A stretch of 64,000 nucleotides of DNA from Macrostomum hystrix (lineage: Eukaryota > Animalia > Platyhelminthes), in assembly GCA_950097015.1 (NCBI GenBank), contig CATNEN010000040.1, forward strand, positions 62,001 to 126,000. The letters are read 5' to 3'. The notes beneath the pieces were generated by a model, which saw nothing but the letters and a program-made list of their open reading frames with translations, was not told the origin of the DNA and ran no database searches. Positions 49,853 through 63,067 of the stretch are shown here, in pieces. Numbering within the stretch: the stretch's first letter is position 1; the number at the start of each line of letters is the position of its first letter. The position numbers were made by a program, and so were the translations under genes.

Positions 49853-52073
49853 TATGGCTGCATGATCTGGACATCAACCAAAGGCCCTTGCAAATTGTAC
49901 TAGATGTGGCCAGCCAGCACATGGTCACTATGCTGTCAAATCTTATCAACACTAACTGCTGGTCCTTGGTCAGCCTAACCATCAATTTTAGTTGGCACTA
50001 AGGGTCCAGGTTGGCCAGTTAGACATGGTTTAATTAGGCTAAAGTTAACCAGTTTCTAGTTAGGCTAAAAAGCAAAGTAAAATGTGTAATAATTTTCTAA
50101 TGTTGCAAACTATGAGATTGCCATGATAGTATTAAGCATTTGCATGTCTAGATCCATGGCAATTCATTTTATAAATAGCCCATAATAAACTTCTTTCATA
50201 TGTAAAAAAAAATTAAGTGCTTTTTTAGAAAGTCATGTTACATGTATTCAGTTGATTTAGGCCTAATGTAAAAATTGTGAGGGGACAAAACTTTAAGGTT
50301 AGGGCATCAATTTATGATTCCACTAAACAAATTGTATTTTATCAAGACACTTAGCTTTACATTGCTTCAGTTCACTTAGCTGTTTAACTTGGGTACTAGC
50401 ATTAGCTAGGATAAATAAGGGTGAGTGTGGTATCTCCCCAAGTCCATAGACTGAAAAGCCTTATATAGCATCTAGATATGCCCTGCAATAGCTTGGCTAT
50501 ACTGTCAGGGCATATATTGGCCTAGTTAAAAATATTTCAAAATTTAAGTTCAATAAAAAAGTAGCTCAAAGTTACTGATTAGTACAAAATTGAATGTACA
50601 CTTATGGCTTAAACAAGTGTCCATTTGATACAGATGTATACATATACAAGATATTTGTATTCATATTCAATCAAGTGTGAAGCTTAAGCTTGAATTTTAT
50701 ATTCTCTCAAAAACAATAAGACTCCTTGATTCACTTATTATAACAATGTCCAAAACAGGTTTAAATTTAGAAAGACAGTTTCTAGTATATTTAGATATAT
50801 TTTTACTTATCTTACAGTTGCAACTAATACAAATAAACTATATTCACAAAAATTAGCTAGTACCTAACTGTTGCTTAAAAGCCTAGCACTTCTTATATAT
50901 TATTTGTAAATAATTTTATATCTGCTTTGTCAATTTAATTGCAAAGCAATATTAAACAATTCTTATTTAGTTTTTTATCTGATAAAAATGAAATATAGCT
51001 ATAGTTTTATTTGTGATACAATTTATCATAAAAATTGTAATAGATAAAGTGTAAAAATGACTGCAATTAATAGGGTCCTAGAATATTGTCATCCTCTCAA
51101 TTCACAATCCATTCATATTTTCTAACATTTTCATCTTACATTTAAGGAAAAAGTAAGATGCCATTTTACTTTTAAGGTGTATTTCACATAGATTATATAG
51201 ATGTGAACTAATATTGATGACAATTAATACAAATACTCAAAAGCTTGCTTGAATAAAACTGATATATGAGAGTTTCCTCTAATATGGGAAATGGCTATGG
51301 GAATTTGGGATACAGAGCTTTTTGGACAAGAGCCACACAAGCAACTTGGTTATGAAAACTTCTGTTTCCCATACCTAGTTTCTGTATCTCGAGTTCTCAG
51401 ATATTGTTCGCACTGAAGTGAGTAAACAAACAGTATAGAGACAGCGAAAGCAAAAAGAAAAGATAGTATTAGATATAGAAAGAAACAAGAACTCTATAAA
51501 AACTCAAGCCACTAATGACTTTAAGGCTACATGCATGTTTATATTGATATGTAAATGGCTATGACAAGATGTAGAGCCTAATGAGGGCTAATGACAAACA
51601 GGATATGTGAAGACACTTCAGACTGCCTACAATGGGAACTCTTAATTCCTTGGTATTTGAAACTCAAGTTCTTTAGAAATTTCAATGCCACATGAAAATT
51701 GTGGGGTAGGTTTTTCTATAGTCTGTTGACTGTTGATGGTGTAAAGATAGACATGATGTCACCAGATTAATAACAAAGGACTTCTTTGGACTGCCTACAA
51801 TAGAAATGCTTGATCCCTGCTGTGGCATTCAGGACTCAAACTATCAAGATTTCAATGAAATGTGCATGTTGTGGGGTGGTGGGGTGGTATGGAGGGGGTT
51901 TCACCCCAAGCCTATTGAGTCCCAGGAAAGGCTTGACTTTGTATTGTCTGCATTCTCCTTGGCTTCACAATTCTAGTTACTCCATTGGTCCTTTGGCTTC
52001 CACTTTCTATATATATTGAAAGAAAGATGATACAATGGTTACAGGAAGTTACAAGATTTTTTTGTTATAGATA

Positions 52074-52390
52074 ATAATAATTAATAATAATAATAATAAT
52101 TAATTACACCTGCCCTAATTGGATCAGATGTGCAGCCAACAGCACAGCTAGCTAATGCGCGGAGCATCTGAAGGCTTGTACGGCTGTTCAGTCCATGGAC
52201 TAGGGGGACGCCACACCCACCTTCAATCATCCCAGCTGAATGCTGGTACCCATCTAACAGCTGGGTGAACTGAAGCAATGCAGAGTTAAGTGTCTTGCTA
52301 AAGGATGCAAATTGTTCCAGTGGAGTCGGGAATCAAACCCCCGACCTTCTTGTTGTGAGTCCGAAACTCTAACCACTAGGCTACAACCTC
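52074..52390 (-). mobile_element. tRNA-derived SINE with a CORE-like domain and (TTA)n tail
   Basis: A-box TAGCCTAGTGG and B-box-like GGTTTGATTCC. The segment ACAGCTGGGTGAACTGAAGC..GTTAAGTGTCTTGCTAAAGG resembles the MIR CORE as recalled. 12-bp TSD TTGTTATAGATA at 52062-52073 and 52391-52402. Confidence 0.85.
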
Positions 52391-53463
52391 TTGTTATAGA
52401 TACATATACAGATAGGCTACAGGAAAAAATTGATTATGGTGGAACTCTAATATAGACTTGTCATTTTTTAACCTAACTGACAACTCTTATATAGTAATTA
52501 TATAAAGGCATTCTACCTTTTAATCTGAGCCTAAATAAAGAAACATAATATCCAGCAAAGTAAGAATTATGCTTTGGAACTATATTTTTATGATTAAAAA
52601 TTCATCAAAAAATTGATAAATAGTAAATAAATTGAGGTAATTATCAACATACTCGTTTTTTAGTGCCAATTAATTTTGTCCACTATGGATATTGTCAAGG
52701 CTTGTGTAATTCTTTTATTTCACAACAAATGTAAAGTAATGGTAGGCAATCAAAAGTAAAAGTAAAGAATCATAGCTTCACTAATATTTGTTTAATTTAA
52801 GATCATATTTTTCATTGATTAGCAAGCTTATTATTACATTTTAAACTAACAGAAATATATATTTGTCAAAATGACTATATAAGTATAGTTACTTAGTAAT
52901 TGTTTAGTAATCAAACTTGACAATCATATCAACATTAGTTCTATTTAAGATCATAATTTACTTTGATTAGCTATAGCATCCTTGTTTGCTATGTCTATAG
53001 CCACTGTAATGAGCTGAGCTGTACTGAAAAGAAAGTCCTTAAATAGAAAGTTATGTATAAGGCATATTTTTTCTGCATGCTGTGTATATACTAAATTTTT
53101 GTTCCTTGGATGTGATAATCAAGTCTATTTTTATGCCACCTCTATTCAAACACCTTCTGCAAAAACTGCTCTTTATAACAAAGAAAAAGGCAATTAATTG
53201 ATTAAGCATTTAGATTAAGATTTAAACATGCATTGTTTTATTGAATACACTTCATAGCTAACTTTGAAGGCTTATAATTTATTTAGCTCTTATCTTCTGT
53301 GCATAGTTAAAATTAAAGCAAAAAATGAATATAGCAAACTTTATTAAACATAAAAGTACGAGTATATCGAATCGTATGCTTCACTTATTTCAGACTATGA
53401 GTTAAATTATCACAACATCAAGTCAGTACATCACAATTGCTTTCATCACGGCCTGTGTTAGCT

Positions 53464-56400
53464 ATGGCACAACACAAGCAAGCCTTCTCTGGTAGCACTG
53501 TCTATGCGGAACAGTTCAAGTGAGTTATCTAGTGTGCTTTGTCTGTACTGAAATTCCTCTGGATGATGGATCTGTCTGTACTGCTTATCTAAACTTTACA
53601 GCGAGACCACCCTAGTTGACAACCTGCTGATTCTGTTTAACGATGTGGTCTCCACATCGGCTGCCGCCGCACGCGGCTCCACCTCGGCCTCGTTGACGGC
53701 TTCATCTGGTCAAGCTCAGTTATCGGCATTCTCTAACGTCGGCAGCTCCTCCTCGGAAGACTGTCAGCTGCATCAGCATCACCTGAACCAGCAGCTGCAG
53801 CAGAACAATCACCACGGCGTAGGCGGACTCCAGCAGCATCAGCTCCGGCATCGCCAGCAGATCTATGAGCAGGTCCGATGGGCAAAGTTTGATCAGCTGA
53901 CGGCCAGCGATCTGGTTGCTGGAGATCAACCCGCCGCCTACTATGACGAGGCGTCTATGCCCCTGCTGCTGCTTCTGGGATTGGACCAGGTGATTCACAT
54001 CGATGTCTGGAAGAAGGCTTTGGGGCTTAGCTTCCAATTTACGCCTTGAGGACTAACCTCCAAGGCACAGTGAGAGTGTGCACCGTCTGACGATGAGAGA
54101 AAGTCAGGGCAGATGTACACACCTGTGTGAGCGTGTGCCTGCATACAATATCTGTGTGATTATGTGCTCAGGAGTCAGCGGAATGGGCAGAATTGCACCC
54201 CCATCGCTGGCTGTGGGTCTGTCTTTCCGCCGAAACCCCATTTTGCTCCGATAATTACAATCGCAGGTTTTTTAAAACCCCCACTTGAGAGTCTTAGGTC
54301 TCCCAGAAGTTTTATTAACGATCGTTATGATTTAGATTCTGTTTTAACGGACTTAACCCGTCACCATTGCACACTTGCCAGGGCTTGCAAGCTTGGCTGC
54401 TTCGACCAGGCGGCGACGCCCAATTAGTCATGCGCCTGGGCCATTGTGCTGCCCGCATCGCCTGCTTGCTGCCCAGCCCGCGCGGCAGCCAGGACACAGC
54501 CTCTGACAGGTACAGAAATCAGCGACCCTTGCTGGCCGTGTGCTGGGCTAGGCCAGGCTCGGACAATGCCGCCGCATTTCTATCGTTGCGCAATCACGAA
54601 CCGGTGCGCGAGCCAATCAGCGAAGCAGCCGAACCGCTAGACCAGATTGTGGCTAGCAGGCGACGCATTGTCTTAGCTCACGGCGGTGTTGAACCGCGCG
54701 TCCTGGTACTCGGAGCTCATGACTTGGCTAAGCTAGCCGTGCTTTCCGGCCTCTGCTCTCCCATTGGCTGCTCTCCGATACCACTGGCCCTTGCCGATCG
54801 CTGGTTGGCCTACGCTGATAGGTCCTTGCGAGTGCAGCGTCGGTCAGTCTGTCAGCAAGCTTGCGACGCGTTGGAGGCTCCACCGATGACGTCCGTGCTG
54901 CGCTCGGTGACGGCGTTTTTTAGCGGCGGCAGCGGCATAGCGGGAGGAGGAAGCGGCGCCGGAGGCGGCAGTGGGTCTGGCGGCAGCGGCGGAGGCGGAT
55001 CAGGCGGCGGTAAAGGAAGCAAACAGGCGGGCATTGTTACTGTGCTGGATTTGGGCAGGCTAAGCAGTGGAGCTATGGTCAGGTGAGTCACGTGACGGGC
55101 CGATGGGATAAAATGTCCCTGTTTGAATCGCCTTTCAACTAGATTCCTTTTTTCTAGTAGCTCCTATATTTCTAGTAGCTCCTATATTTCTAATAGCTCC
55201 TATATTTCTATTAGCTCCTATATTTCTAGTAGCTTCTATTAGCTCCTATATTTCTAGCAGCCTCTATTAGCTCCTATATTTCTAGCAGCCTCTATTAGCT
55301 CCTATATTTCTAGCAGCCTCTATTAGCTCCTATATTTCTAGCAGCCTATATTAGCTCCTATATTTCTAGTAGCTTTTATTTGCTCCTATATTTCTAGTAG
55401 CTTTTATTTGCTCCTATATTTCTAGTAGCTTCTATTAGCTCCTATATTTCTAGTAGCTTTTATTAGCTCCTATATTTCTAGTAGCTTTTATTAGCTCCTA
55501 TATTTCTAGTAGCTTTTATTAGCTCCTATATTTCTAGTAGCTTTTATTAGCTCCTATATTTCTAGTAGCTTTTATTAGCTCCTATATTTCTAGTAGCTTT
55601 TATTAGCTCCTATATTTCTAGTAGCTTCTATTAGCTCCTATATTTCTAGTAGCTTTTATTAGCTCCTATATTTCTAGTAGCTTCTATTAGCTCCTATATT
55701 TCTAGCAGCTCCTATATTTCTAGCAGCTCCTATATTTCTAGCAGCCTCTATTAGCTCCTATATTTCTAGCAGCTCCTATATTTCTAGCAGCTCCTATATT
55801 TCTAGCAGCCTCTATTAGCTCCTATATTTCTAGCAGCTCCTATATTTCTAGCAGCCTCTATTAGCTCCTATATTTCTAGCAGCTCCTATATTTCTAGCAG
55901 CCTCTATTAGCTCCTATATTTCTAGCAGCCTCTATTAGCTCCTATATTTCTAGCAGCCTCTATTAGCTCCTATATTTCTACACATTTTCGAGATTCAAGC
56001 CTATAGTAATTTAAAGGCTAATGTTGCCCCTGACTGTATAGTTCACGCAATGCACAATGTAACTTATCGGCAGAGATCCGCACGAGTCGAGCGTCACCGC
56101 CGCGGCCATGGTGGCCCATTTCGCTGCGCACGCCAGCCCACTGGCCTGGCTGGCCTGGGATCCGGCAGGCGGACTGCTGCTCACAGCCGACTCGACCGCT
56201 CGCTATTTTCACATCTTTCGCCTATTGGCTCATCCGCTGAGCTGTGCGGCAACCTCAGTGCAGCTGCTCTACAGGCTGTACAGAGGCGAGACTCCGGCTA
56301 GCGTGCAGGATGCGGCGTTTGCGCGCGACTCTCGCTGGGTTGCCGTTTCGACCAATCACGGCACTACTCACGTGTTTCCTATTTGTCCTTATGGCGGCCC

Positions 56401-58450
56401 CGCTAATTGGCGCACTCACGGCGGACCGCAGGTGAGGATATCTGGGGATCATCGGACTAATATAGATTTGTTAAAGAATTAAGAGAGTTGGGTAATGACC
56501 TGAAGGATCAGGAAGAGAGTAGGGTAGTGACCTGAAGGATCAGGGAGGGTGAGTAGGGTAGTGCCCTGAATAATCAGGGAGAGAGAGAGACTGGGGTAAT
56601 GTCCTGAAGAATCAGGGAGAGAGAGTAGGGTAGTGACCTGAAGGATCAGGGAGAGAGAGTAGGGTTGTGGCCTGAAGGATCAGGGAGGGTGAGTAGGGTA
56701 GTGCCCTGAATAATCAGGGAGAGAGAGAGACTGGGGTAATGTCCTGAAGAATCAGGGAGAGAGAGTAGGGTAGTGACCTGAAGGATCAGGGAGAGAGAGT
56801 AGGGTTGTGGCCTGAAGGATCACGGAGAGAGAGTAGAGTAGTGACCTGAAGGATCAGGGAGAGAGAGTAGAGTAGTGGCCTGAAGGATCAGGGAGAGAGA
56901 GTAGGGTAGTGGCCTGAAGGATCAGGGCGAGAGAGTAGAGTAGTGGCCTGAAGGATCAGGGAGAGAGAGTAGGGTAGTGACCTGAAGGATCAGGGAGAGA
57001 GAGTAGAGTAGTGGCCTGAAGGATCAGGGAGAGAGAGTAGGGTAGTGGCCTGAAGGATCAGGGAGAGTAGGGTAGTGGCCTGAAGGATCAGGTAGAGAGA
57101 GTGGAGTACAGGCCTGAAGGATCAGGGAGAGTAGGGTAGTGGCCTGAAAAGGCATAAATTCGTGGCCTAAAGAAGTAAAAGCTATCCCCCAGCAACGTAA
57201 AGAGGCATTCGGTAGCGGCCAAGATGCCTGGTAGCAAGTTGGGTCATATTGTGTATTTAACTAAGAAGTTGCTGAAGCTCAAATGCTTTCCTCATCGCAA
57301 CAACGCCTCTCAGGTGGTTAACCGAGCCTCCTGTTATCAGAAGACGAGCGGCTTCGAGCCGCAGTCGCAGTCAAAACCCGTAGTACAATCTCCGCTGGCC
57401 CAGGTGAAGCTGCGACCGGCGGCGACATCAAAAGCGGCCGGTTCGTCGTCCTCTTCTTCGTCAATGTCGGCATCGTCCGCCGTTGGGTCAATGGGTTCCA
57501 GCGGAATTAACGGCGTCTGCAAGGCGGCGGTGTTCGCCCCGGCCAGGGCCAACCTGCTAGCCGCTGAGTCAGCGCCGGCAGCCTCTTTATCGTCAGGATC
57601 TCGCGATCCGCCGCCATCCGAGTCTCTGTTTGTCTTCACCGGGCCGGCCTGCTGCAGCGAGCACAGTCTGGATGTTCAGCCTAAGCTGCCGCTGCCGCAG
57701 GGTTTCACAGTTGACCGGGTGCCCCCGGACCAGGCCGTTGAATTGGACTGCCGGCCCGTCGCTCTGTGGCGTCTCGCCGCTCCGCCCGGCTGCCAGCAGG
57801 GCAGTCATCCGGCCCTGCTTCGCGGCGTCGGCCCGCTGGCTGGCTGCATCGATCCGGCCGACTCCCTGCCGGCTGTGGACGCCCGCTCTCGAGAATCTTT
57901 AGCCTCCGACAGCAGCCGCGGCAGCTGCGGTGCCGCGGAGGAGACCTGGCCCAGCCAGGTGGAGATAACCTGCCACCTGGGCCCGGCTAGGCGACTTTGG
58001 ATGGGCCCCCAGTTCGCTTTCCGCACCTATCAGGAACCGGAGGCGGCTGCGGCGTCGGCCGCATCAGCGCCAGCAGCTTCAGCTGCATCATCGGCCTCGC
58101 TAACTGCGACAGCGTCGGCGCCGGCGCCTGTTCGACGTCGGGCTAGCAGTTCTGGCTCCAGCGCCGCCTCTGGCCGGCTGCAGATCGAGGGCGGCTCCTA
58201 CACTGAGCCGGGCCCGTTGATCCAGCGGGCGGCCTTGTTCCACTCGTCCAATCCGTCCTCTTCGCTTGGATCTGACAGCCTGCTGCTGCTTAGCGACGCC
58301 ATTCAGGACTGCCGATCGCCGTCGCCTGTTGCGTCATCGGCTTCCGGCTCCGCCGCCGCGTCCATTGTCACTGCGTCGATTGTCTCCGCCTCCGGTGCGT
58401 CGGCCGTTGTGGGCTTCCGCGACGAAGATTTCCAAGAGTCCTGGGAATAA
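53464..58450 (+). CDS. BCAS3: BCAS3 (WD40 autophagy/microtubule-associated factor); exons 53464-53519, 53602-53989, 54382-55082, 56074-56431, 57314-58450
   Basis: VRWAKF, PLALADRWLAYAD, VAHFAAH...LLLTAD, DSRWVAVSTNHGTTHVFPICPYGG and WPSQVEITCHLGPARRLWMGPQF match BCAS3. All junctions are GT-AG and in phase (2,0,2,0). Confidence 0.93.
54040..54230 (+). mobile_element. Internal fragment of SINE family 2 in BCAS3 intron 2
   Basis: Aligns with about 61200-61355 (CCAAGG..GAGAGTGT..CTGACGATGAGA..GTCAGGGCAGATGTACAC...GGGCAGAATTGC). Confidence 0.85.
55150..55980. repeat. 17/28-bp minisatellite (TAGCTCCTATATTTCTAG...) in BCAS3 intron 3
   Basis: Seen directly. Confidence 0.95.
56485..57150. repeat. 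Minisatellite of about 33 bp (GGAGAGAGAGTAGGGTAGTGRCCTGAAGGATCAG) in BCAS3 intron 4
   Basis: Seen directly; includes an internal duplication of about 140 bp. Confidence 0.93.
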
Positions 58451-58669
58451 TGGACAGCGAAGTTGTAGTTTTTTTACTTCTGCGATTGTTTGCTTTTTGT
58501 ACAATTTTCGTCTTTGTAATTTTTCACCTTCTGTTGGTATTTCGGTATTTCAGTAAAGACATTAGTGGAAACTAGGTAAAAGAAATAAAAGTTGGAGAAC
58601 CTACGAAGGCTTATGAAAAAACCTACATTATGAAATTAAAAAAACTACATTATAAGGCTAAATAAGCTA

Positions 58670-59195
58670 GATAATGAGGCTAAGGAAGCTAGATTGTGAG
58701 GCTAAGGAAGCTAGATTGTGAGGCTAAGGAAGCTAGATTGTGAGGCTAAGGAAGCTAGATTGTGAGGCTAAGGAAGCTAGATTGTGAGGCTAAGGAAGCT
58801 AGATTGTGAGGCTAAGGAAGCTAGATTGTGAGGCTAAGGAAGGTAGATTGTGAGGCTAAGGAAGCTAGAGGCTAAGGAAGCTAGATTGTGAGGCTAAGGA
58901 AGCTAGATTGTGAAGCTAAGGAAGCTAGATTGTGAGGCTAAGGAAGCTAGATTGTGAGGCTAAAAGTAAGCTAGATTGTGAGGCTAAGGAAGCTAGATTG
59001 TGAGGCTAAGAAAGCTAGATTGTGAGGTTAAGGAAGCTAGATTGTGAGGCTAAGGAAGCTAGATTGTGAGGCTAAGGAAGCTAGATTGTGAGGCTAAGGA
59101 AGCTAGATTGTGAGGCTAAGGAAGCTAGATTGTGAGGCTAAGGAAGCTAGATTGTGAGGCTAAAAGTAAGCTAGATTGTGAGGCTAAGGAAGCTA
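58670..59195. repeat. 22-bp minisatellite (GAGGCTAAGGAAGCTAGATTGT)
   Basis: About 24 units downstream of BCAS3. Confidence 0.95.
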
Positions 59196-61071
59196 TAACA
59201 CGAATTTTTATAGCTGCAAGTGTTTCCTTTTATTATGCTTTATTTTACGCGGACATAAACAGCGTGTTACAAATAAATGTTTGCCTTTGAAATATGTTTG
59301 ATATCTGATTTAATCGATGAGTAAGTTTGTGCCGTCTGCTTTTTATGTTTCAAATGCAAACTGTAGCATATTTTGCGATAATATATTAAGTATCTCTTGT
59401 AATTATGCAAGATACTTATTAGTTCTTTAAAGCCTGATGTAACTATATTGTCGATATATACTATTCACAGTATACAAAATTCGTATGTCTCGTCTTGTTA
59501 GGCGAAGCTTGATTTGTTTGACAGTTTTGCAACTTCTATCATTTGTTTTAGGTTAGAATAGGAGTTATAATTGGCATTGAACGATTTGTAACTAGATTCG
59601 TCTTTCAAAGAGTCCTCTATGGCTCACAGTGTTGCTTAATGGTTCTTTATTATATGATTTGTTATTCGTCTAATTTTTCTCATTAATCAAGGAGTTAACT
59701 CTACTCAGCCAGTCCGACTAGAAATTAAGTCAATCAGAATTTTCATTTTTTCTCATCTTCATCAACAAATTTCAAATGTAGGCATAGATTAATGATTATA
59801 TTGTGATAGCCTAAACTATAAAATGTACATAATGTGCCTAAAACAATGATTCATTTAAACTCTTACCACTTTTTAATAAAAATCTATATCTATATTTATG
59901 GATGCGTGTTGCATATTGCTAATAGTAGCATCATCAGTTTCTTTCCAAGTTTTAGAGTCTTTTAAGTTCATGATTAGCGCCCAAGTGATTTACGAAATGC
60001 AATGTGTTGATAGCTTTACATTGCCTTCTGTAAGAATGCAGGACATTTCTGGGTAAACAATTTTGGTAATTGTATTCTTAAAAAATTGCCACTTGCTGTT
60101 GTCTTGTCCATATATAAAAACATTTTTTCTATTGGAATTTTGTAAAACAGTTTCCTTCGTATACTACTTATTTATTAGTAGTGAAATTCATAATTTTAGA
60201 CTTCAGGCACGCACTGTTCAAACATAATCTTAAGCCCAAAGCTTGCTTTGATTCTACATATACTACTTTTAGTAAGTAAGCGATACGCTTTTTATGGTTC
60301 TTTTTTCAATAACTTTGGGCAGAAGGTGCTTGCGAAAGAAAAACTGTTTAATTTGTTTGTTTATTTTGCTCCTTTATAATTATTTTCTACAGTCTATCTT
60401 TGCTGGATTTCCTTACAATGCTGGATTGTGAGTTATTGCAAATCATTCTGGTATTCTGGTTCGCGCGTGTAATTATTGTGTAATCGACTACAACTACAGG
60501 TTAGAGGATTTTTGTGGGCTGTATAATACCATTTACCTGAGTAAATAAAGAATTTTTCATTTCTTCATTAATTGATTTAACTTAGATGTTATAAAAGACT
60601 TCGTTTTTTAATGTTTTTTTCAAGTTCATTATGCTTTCAATTTACCCTCACGCCATTGAAAATTAATTATTTCTTAAATATGTTATTCATTTTATTTCAG
60701 TCGCTTTCACCGGCAACTGCCATTCCGGTCGCCGATGACGTCATCATTTAACTAACAATGGCGACCAATTGAAATCAACTTGTTTGACATTCGTTGTGAT
60801 CGTTTACTATGCCAGGGGGGGTTTTATGTTTTTTGTCATAAATATATATATTTATTGCATTTCTAGATTAGCTCAAAATTCGCATTTCCTTTGTTTTTAA
60901 TTATTTTGTTTCTTTTTTTATAGGGCTTAAAGGACGTTACACTTTTCTGTCCAACTGAAGGAATAGAAGGAAAACATATAATTCTTCTGACTTTTATCCC
61001 AAGTCACGAGATATCCATTCTATTTAATCCTTTCATTTCCAGTCAACATTTCTAACTATAATCCCATCATT

Positions 61072-61415
61072 GGGGGTGGGTGGCAGAGCGGTTAACGCAT
61101 TTGCCTCTCGCACCAAGGTCCCTGAGCTCGATTCCGCGGCGAAGCCACATTTTGGGATGCAGCCCCATAGAGAAAGCTTGGGGGCTTGTCGTGCAACTTA
61201 CGCCATTGAGGGCCAAACTCCAAGGTACATTGAGAGTGTACACTGACTGACGATGAGAAAGTCAGGGCAGATGTACACATCCGTGTGAGCGTGTGCCAGG
61301 TGTGTGCTCAGGAGTCAGCGAAATGGGCAGAATTGCCTCCTCGCTGGCTGCTGGTCCAGTGTCACCAAATGATGTGCCAATGCCCGCAGCCCTCCTGCAA
61401 TTATTACTATTATAT
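61072..61415 (+). mobile_element. tRNA-derived SINE family 2, near full length
   Basis: A-box TGGCAGAGCGG, B-box-like GAGCTCGATTCC, TTA-rich tail; three copies in the window. Confidence 0.85.
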
Positions 61416-63067
61416 TGTAGTTAATCGCCCTCCAACCTAGTCTAACGTGAGAGACCTCTTCTTTGATTGAATATAAAGCTAGCTATTTCTCAAAAGGCCC
61501 TGCTTCTTGTTGGCGGGGCTGCAGCAGAACCGTCTATCGCTGCACATCGGCACTCACTAGCTCACCCAGTTTCCTCTTTTGATTGGCGCGTCAAAGGAAT
61601 TCTGTCTGTGCTCAGGCCGACACAAAGTAACATTATTTTCTTTTCGCTTTAGCCGGCACTGCAACTATTCACAATGCTTCAGCGAAGAACAGACATTTAC
61701 AGGGTGATGGAAATTTTTCGCTTTTGTCCTCCAATCCCCGTTGCTGTCGCATTGCGTCGCGAATCATTTTTGGTGTTATCGACAGGGCCTGTCTGCTTTA
61801 CCAGCGTGTCTTCTTCTCAAAGCATCGACCCTTGCTGCTTCCCTGCGCTTTCAGTTCCACTTTTCTGTTTCCCATTTCTATGCCCGTCACTGCATGGGAC
61901 TCCAGCCATTGGCCCACCTGCCTCATTATTATTGAATTCTTTAATTGGAGCCGTGTAAAGGTTTTGGCCACCTTCTGGCAGGCTAAACGTCTTCGTCTCT
62001 TTCATCCTATTCAACTTTCCACTGTATGGCGCTAACATGAGCTCCCTTTCCTTTCTCCTGTTTTCTTTTTCTAATTCTAAAATAGCCTCTCTCTGTATGT
62101 GTATAATGTGACGCCTTGCGACTCAAGTGTGCTTGTACTTTTATAAGGACTGTCTCCGGGCTATAGAGCTCCGGCTTGATTTGCTTCTGTTTCTCTGATA
62201 ATCAGCATTCTCTCCACCTTGGTTTGCTCCCCACTGCTTCTGCTGGACTCTCGGATTTCACGCTTAATTTGCACTATTTTAATTTGTACAGCGGTGCTTA
62301 CTAAGCAAGTCTCCCCCGTTGCCCGCCGCTGCCAAAGTCACTTGAGACTTAAGACATTTTCTGAATGTAGTAGTTGTGGAAATTCACTATTTTCACTCAC
62401 TCATTCTCCCGTGCCAAAGCCCTTCATTCCTATGCGATCTTCCCCGATAAAAACAGTACTATAAGGTCGTTTCTAATGCCACTCTAGCGTCGTTAGCGAC
62501 TCTGCATCGACCCTGCGAGCATAGAACGGCTTCCAATGCCGAGGTTATCGTTTAATCTGGTTCACCTGTTTGGCTGGTGTCTTAAATCCTATTTCGTTGT
62601 CTCGTATTCCATCTTTAAACTTTATTACCACTCTTATTATGCAAATTTAGTTTTGTTTGTATTTATTGGGAACTTATTTCCTACTCGAATACTCGGTTTT
62701 ACTTCCTGTTCCTCACACTTCTCTAGCTCTTTGTTCCACTCCAATCTTTTTTGTAATCAAGCCAGTTTCCTAACGCTTTGTTGCATATAATTACGATAGA
62801 ATTTATTCTGTGGACCAACAGTCTCTCTAGTTGGTTGGCCCACCAATAAGTATCATCTTACTGTTTTTACGAATTTCGACTCAAAACTGGCTTTCATCCT
62901 ATAAATCGGGGTCTATTGTGTCTAGGTCCGAAGAATGAGTGAAAAGTTACCATCAGTTGATTTAAAAATATGGTGTGGAGATCCAGTCCACGGACTGAAT
63001 GAAGCTGAACACAGCCTTTATTAGCCGCGCACAATAGCTGCAGTTGTGCCACTACCTGTTCATCTAT

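Noticed and set aside
61075-61150. Possible tRNA gene (also 52320-52390)
   Set aside because: A/B boxes are present, but the sequence continues into a repeated body with a tail; these are SINE heads with no convincing cloverleaf.
61235-61285. Hammerhead-like CTGACGA...GAAA in SINE family 2
   Set aside because: Only 3 nt for helix II, and helices I and III cannot form around a cleavage triplet. CTGAC pairs with GTCAG as a simple hairpin.
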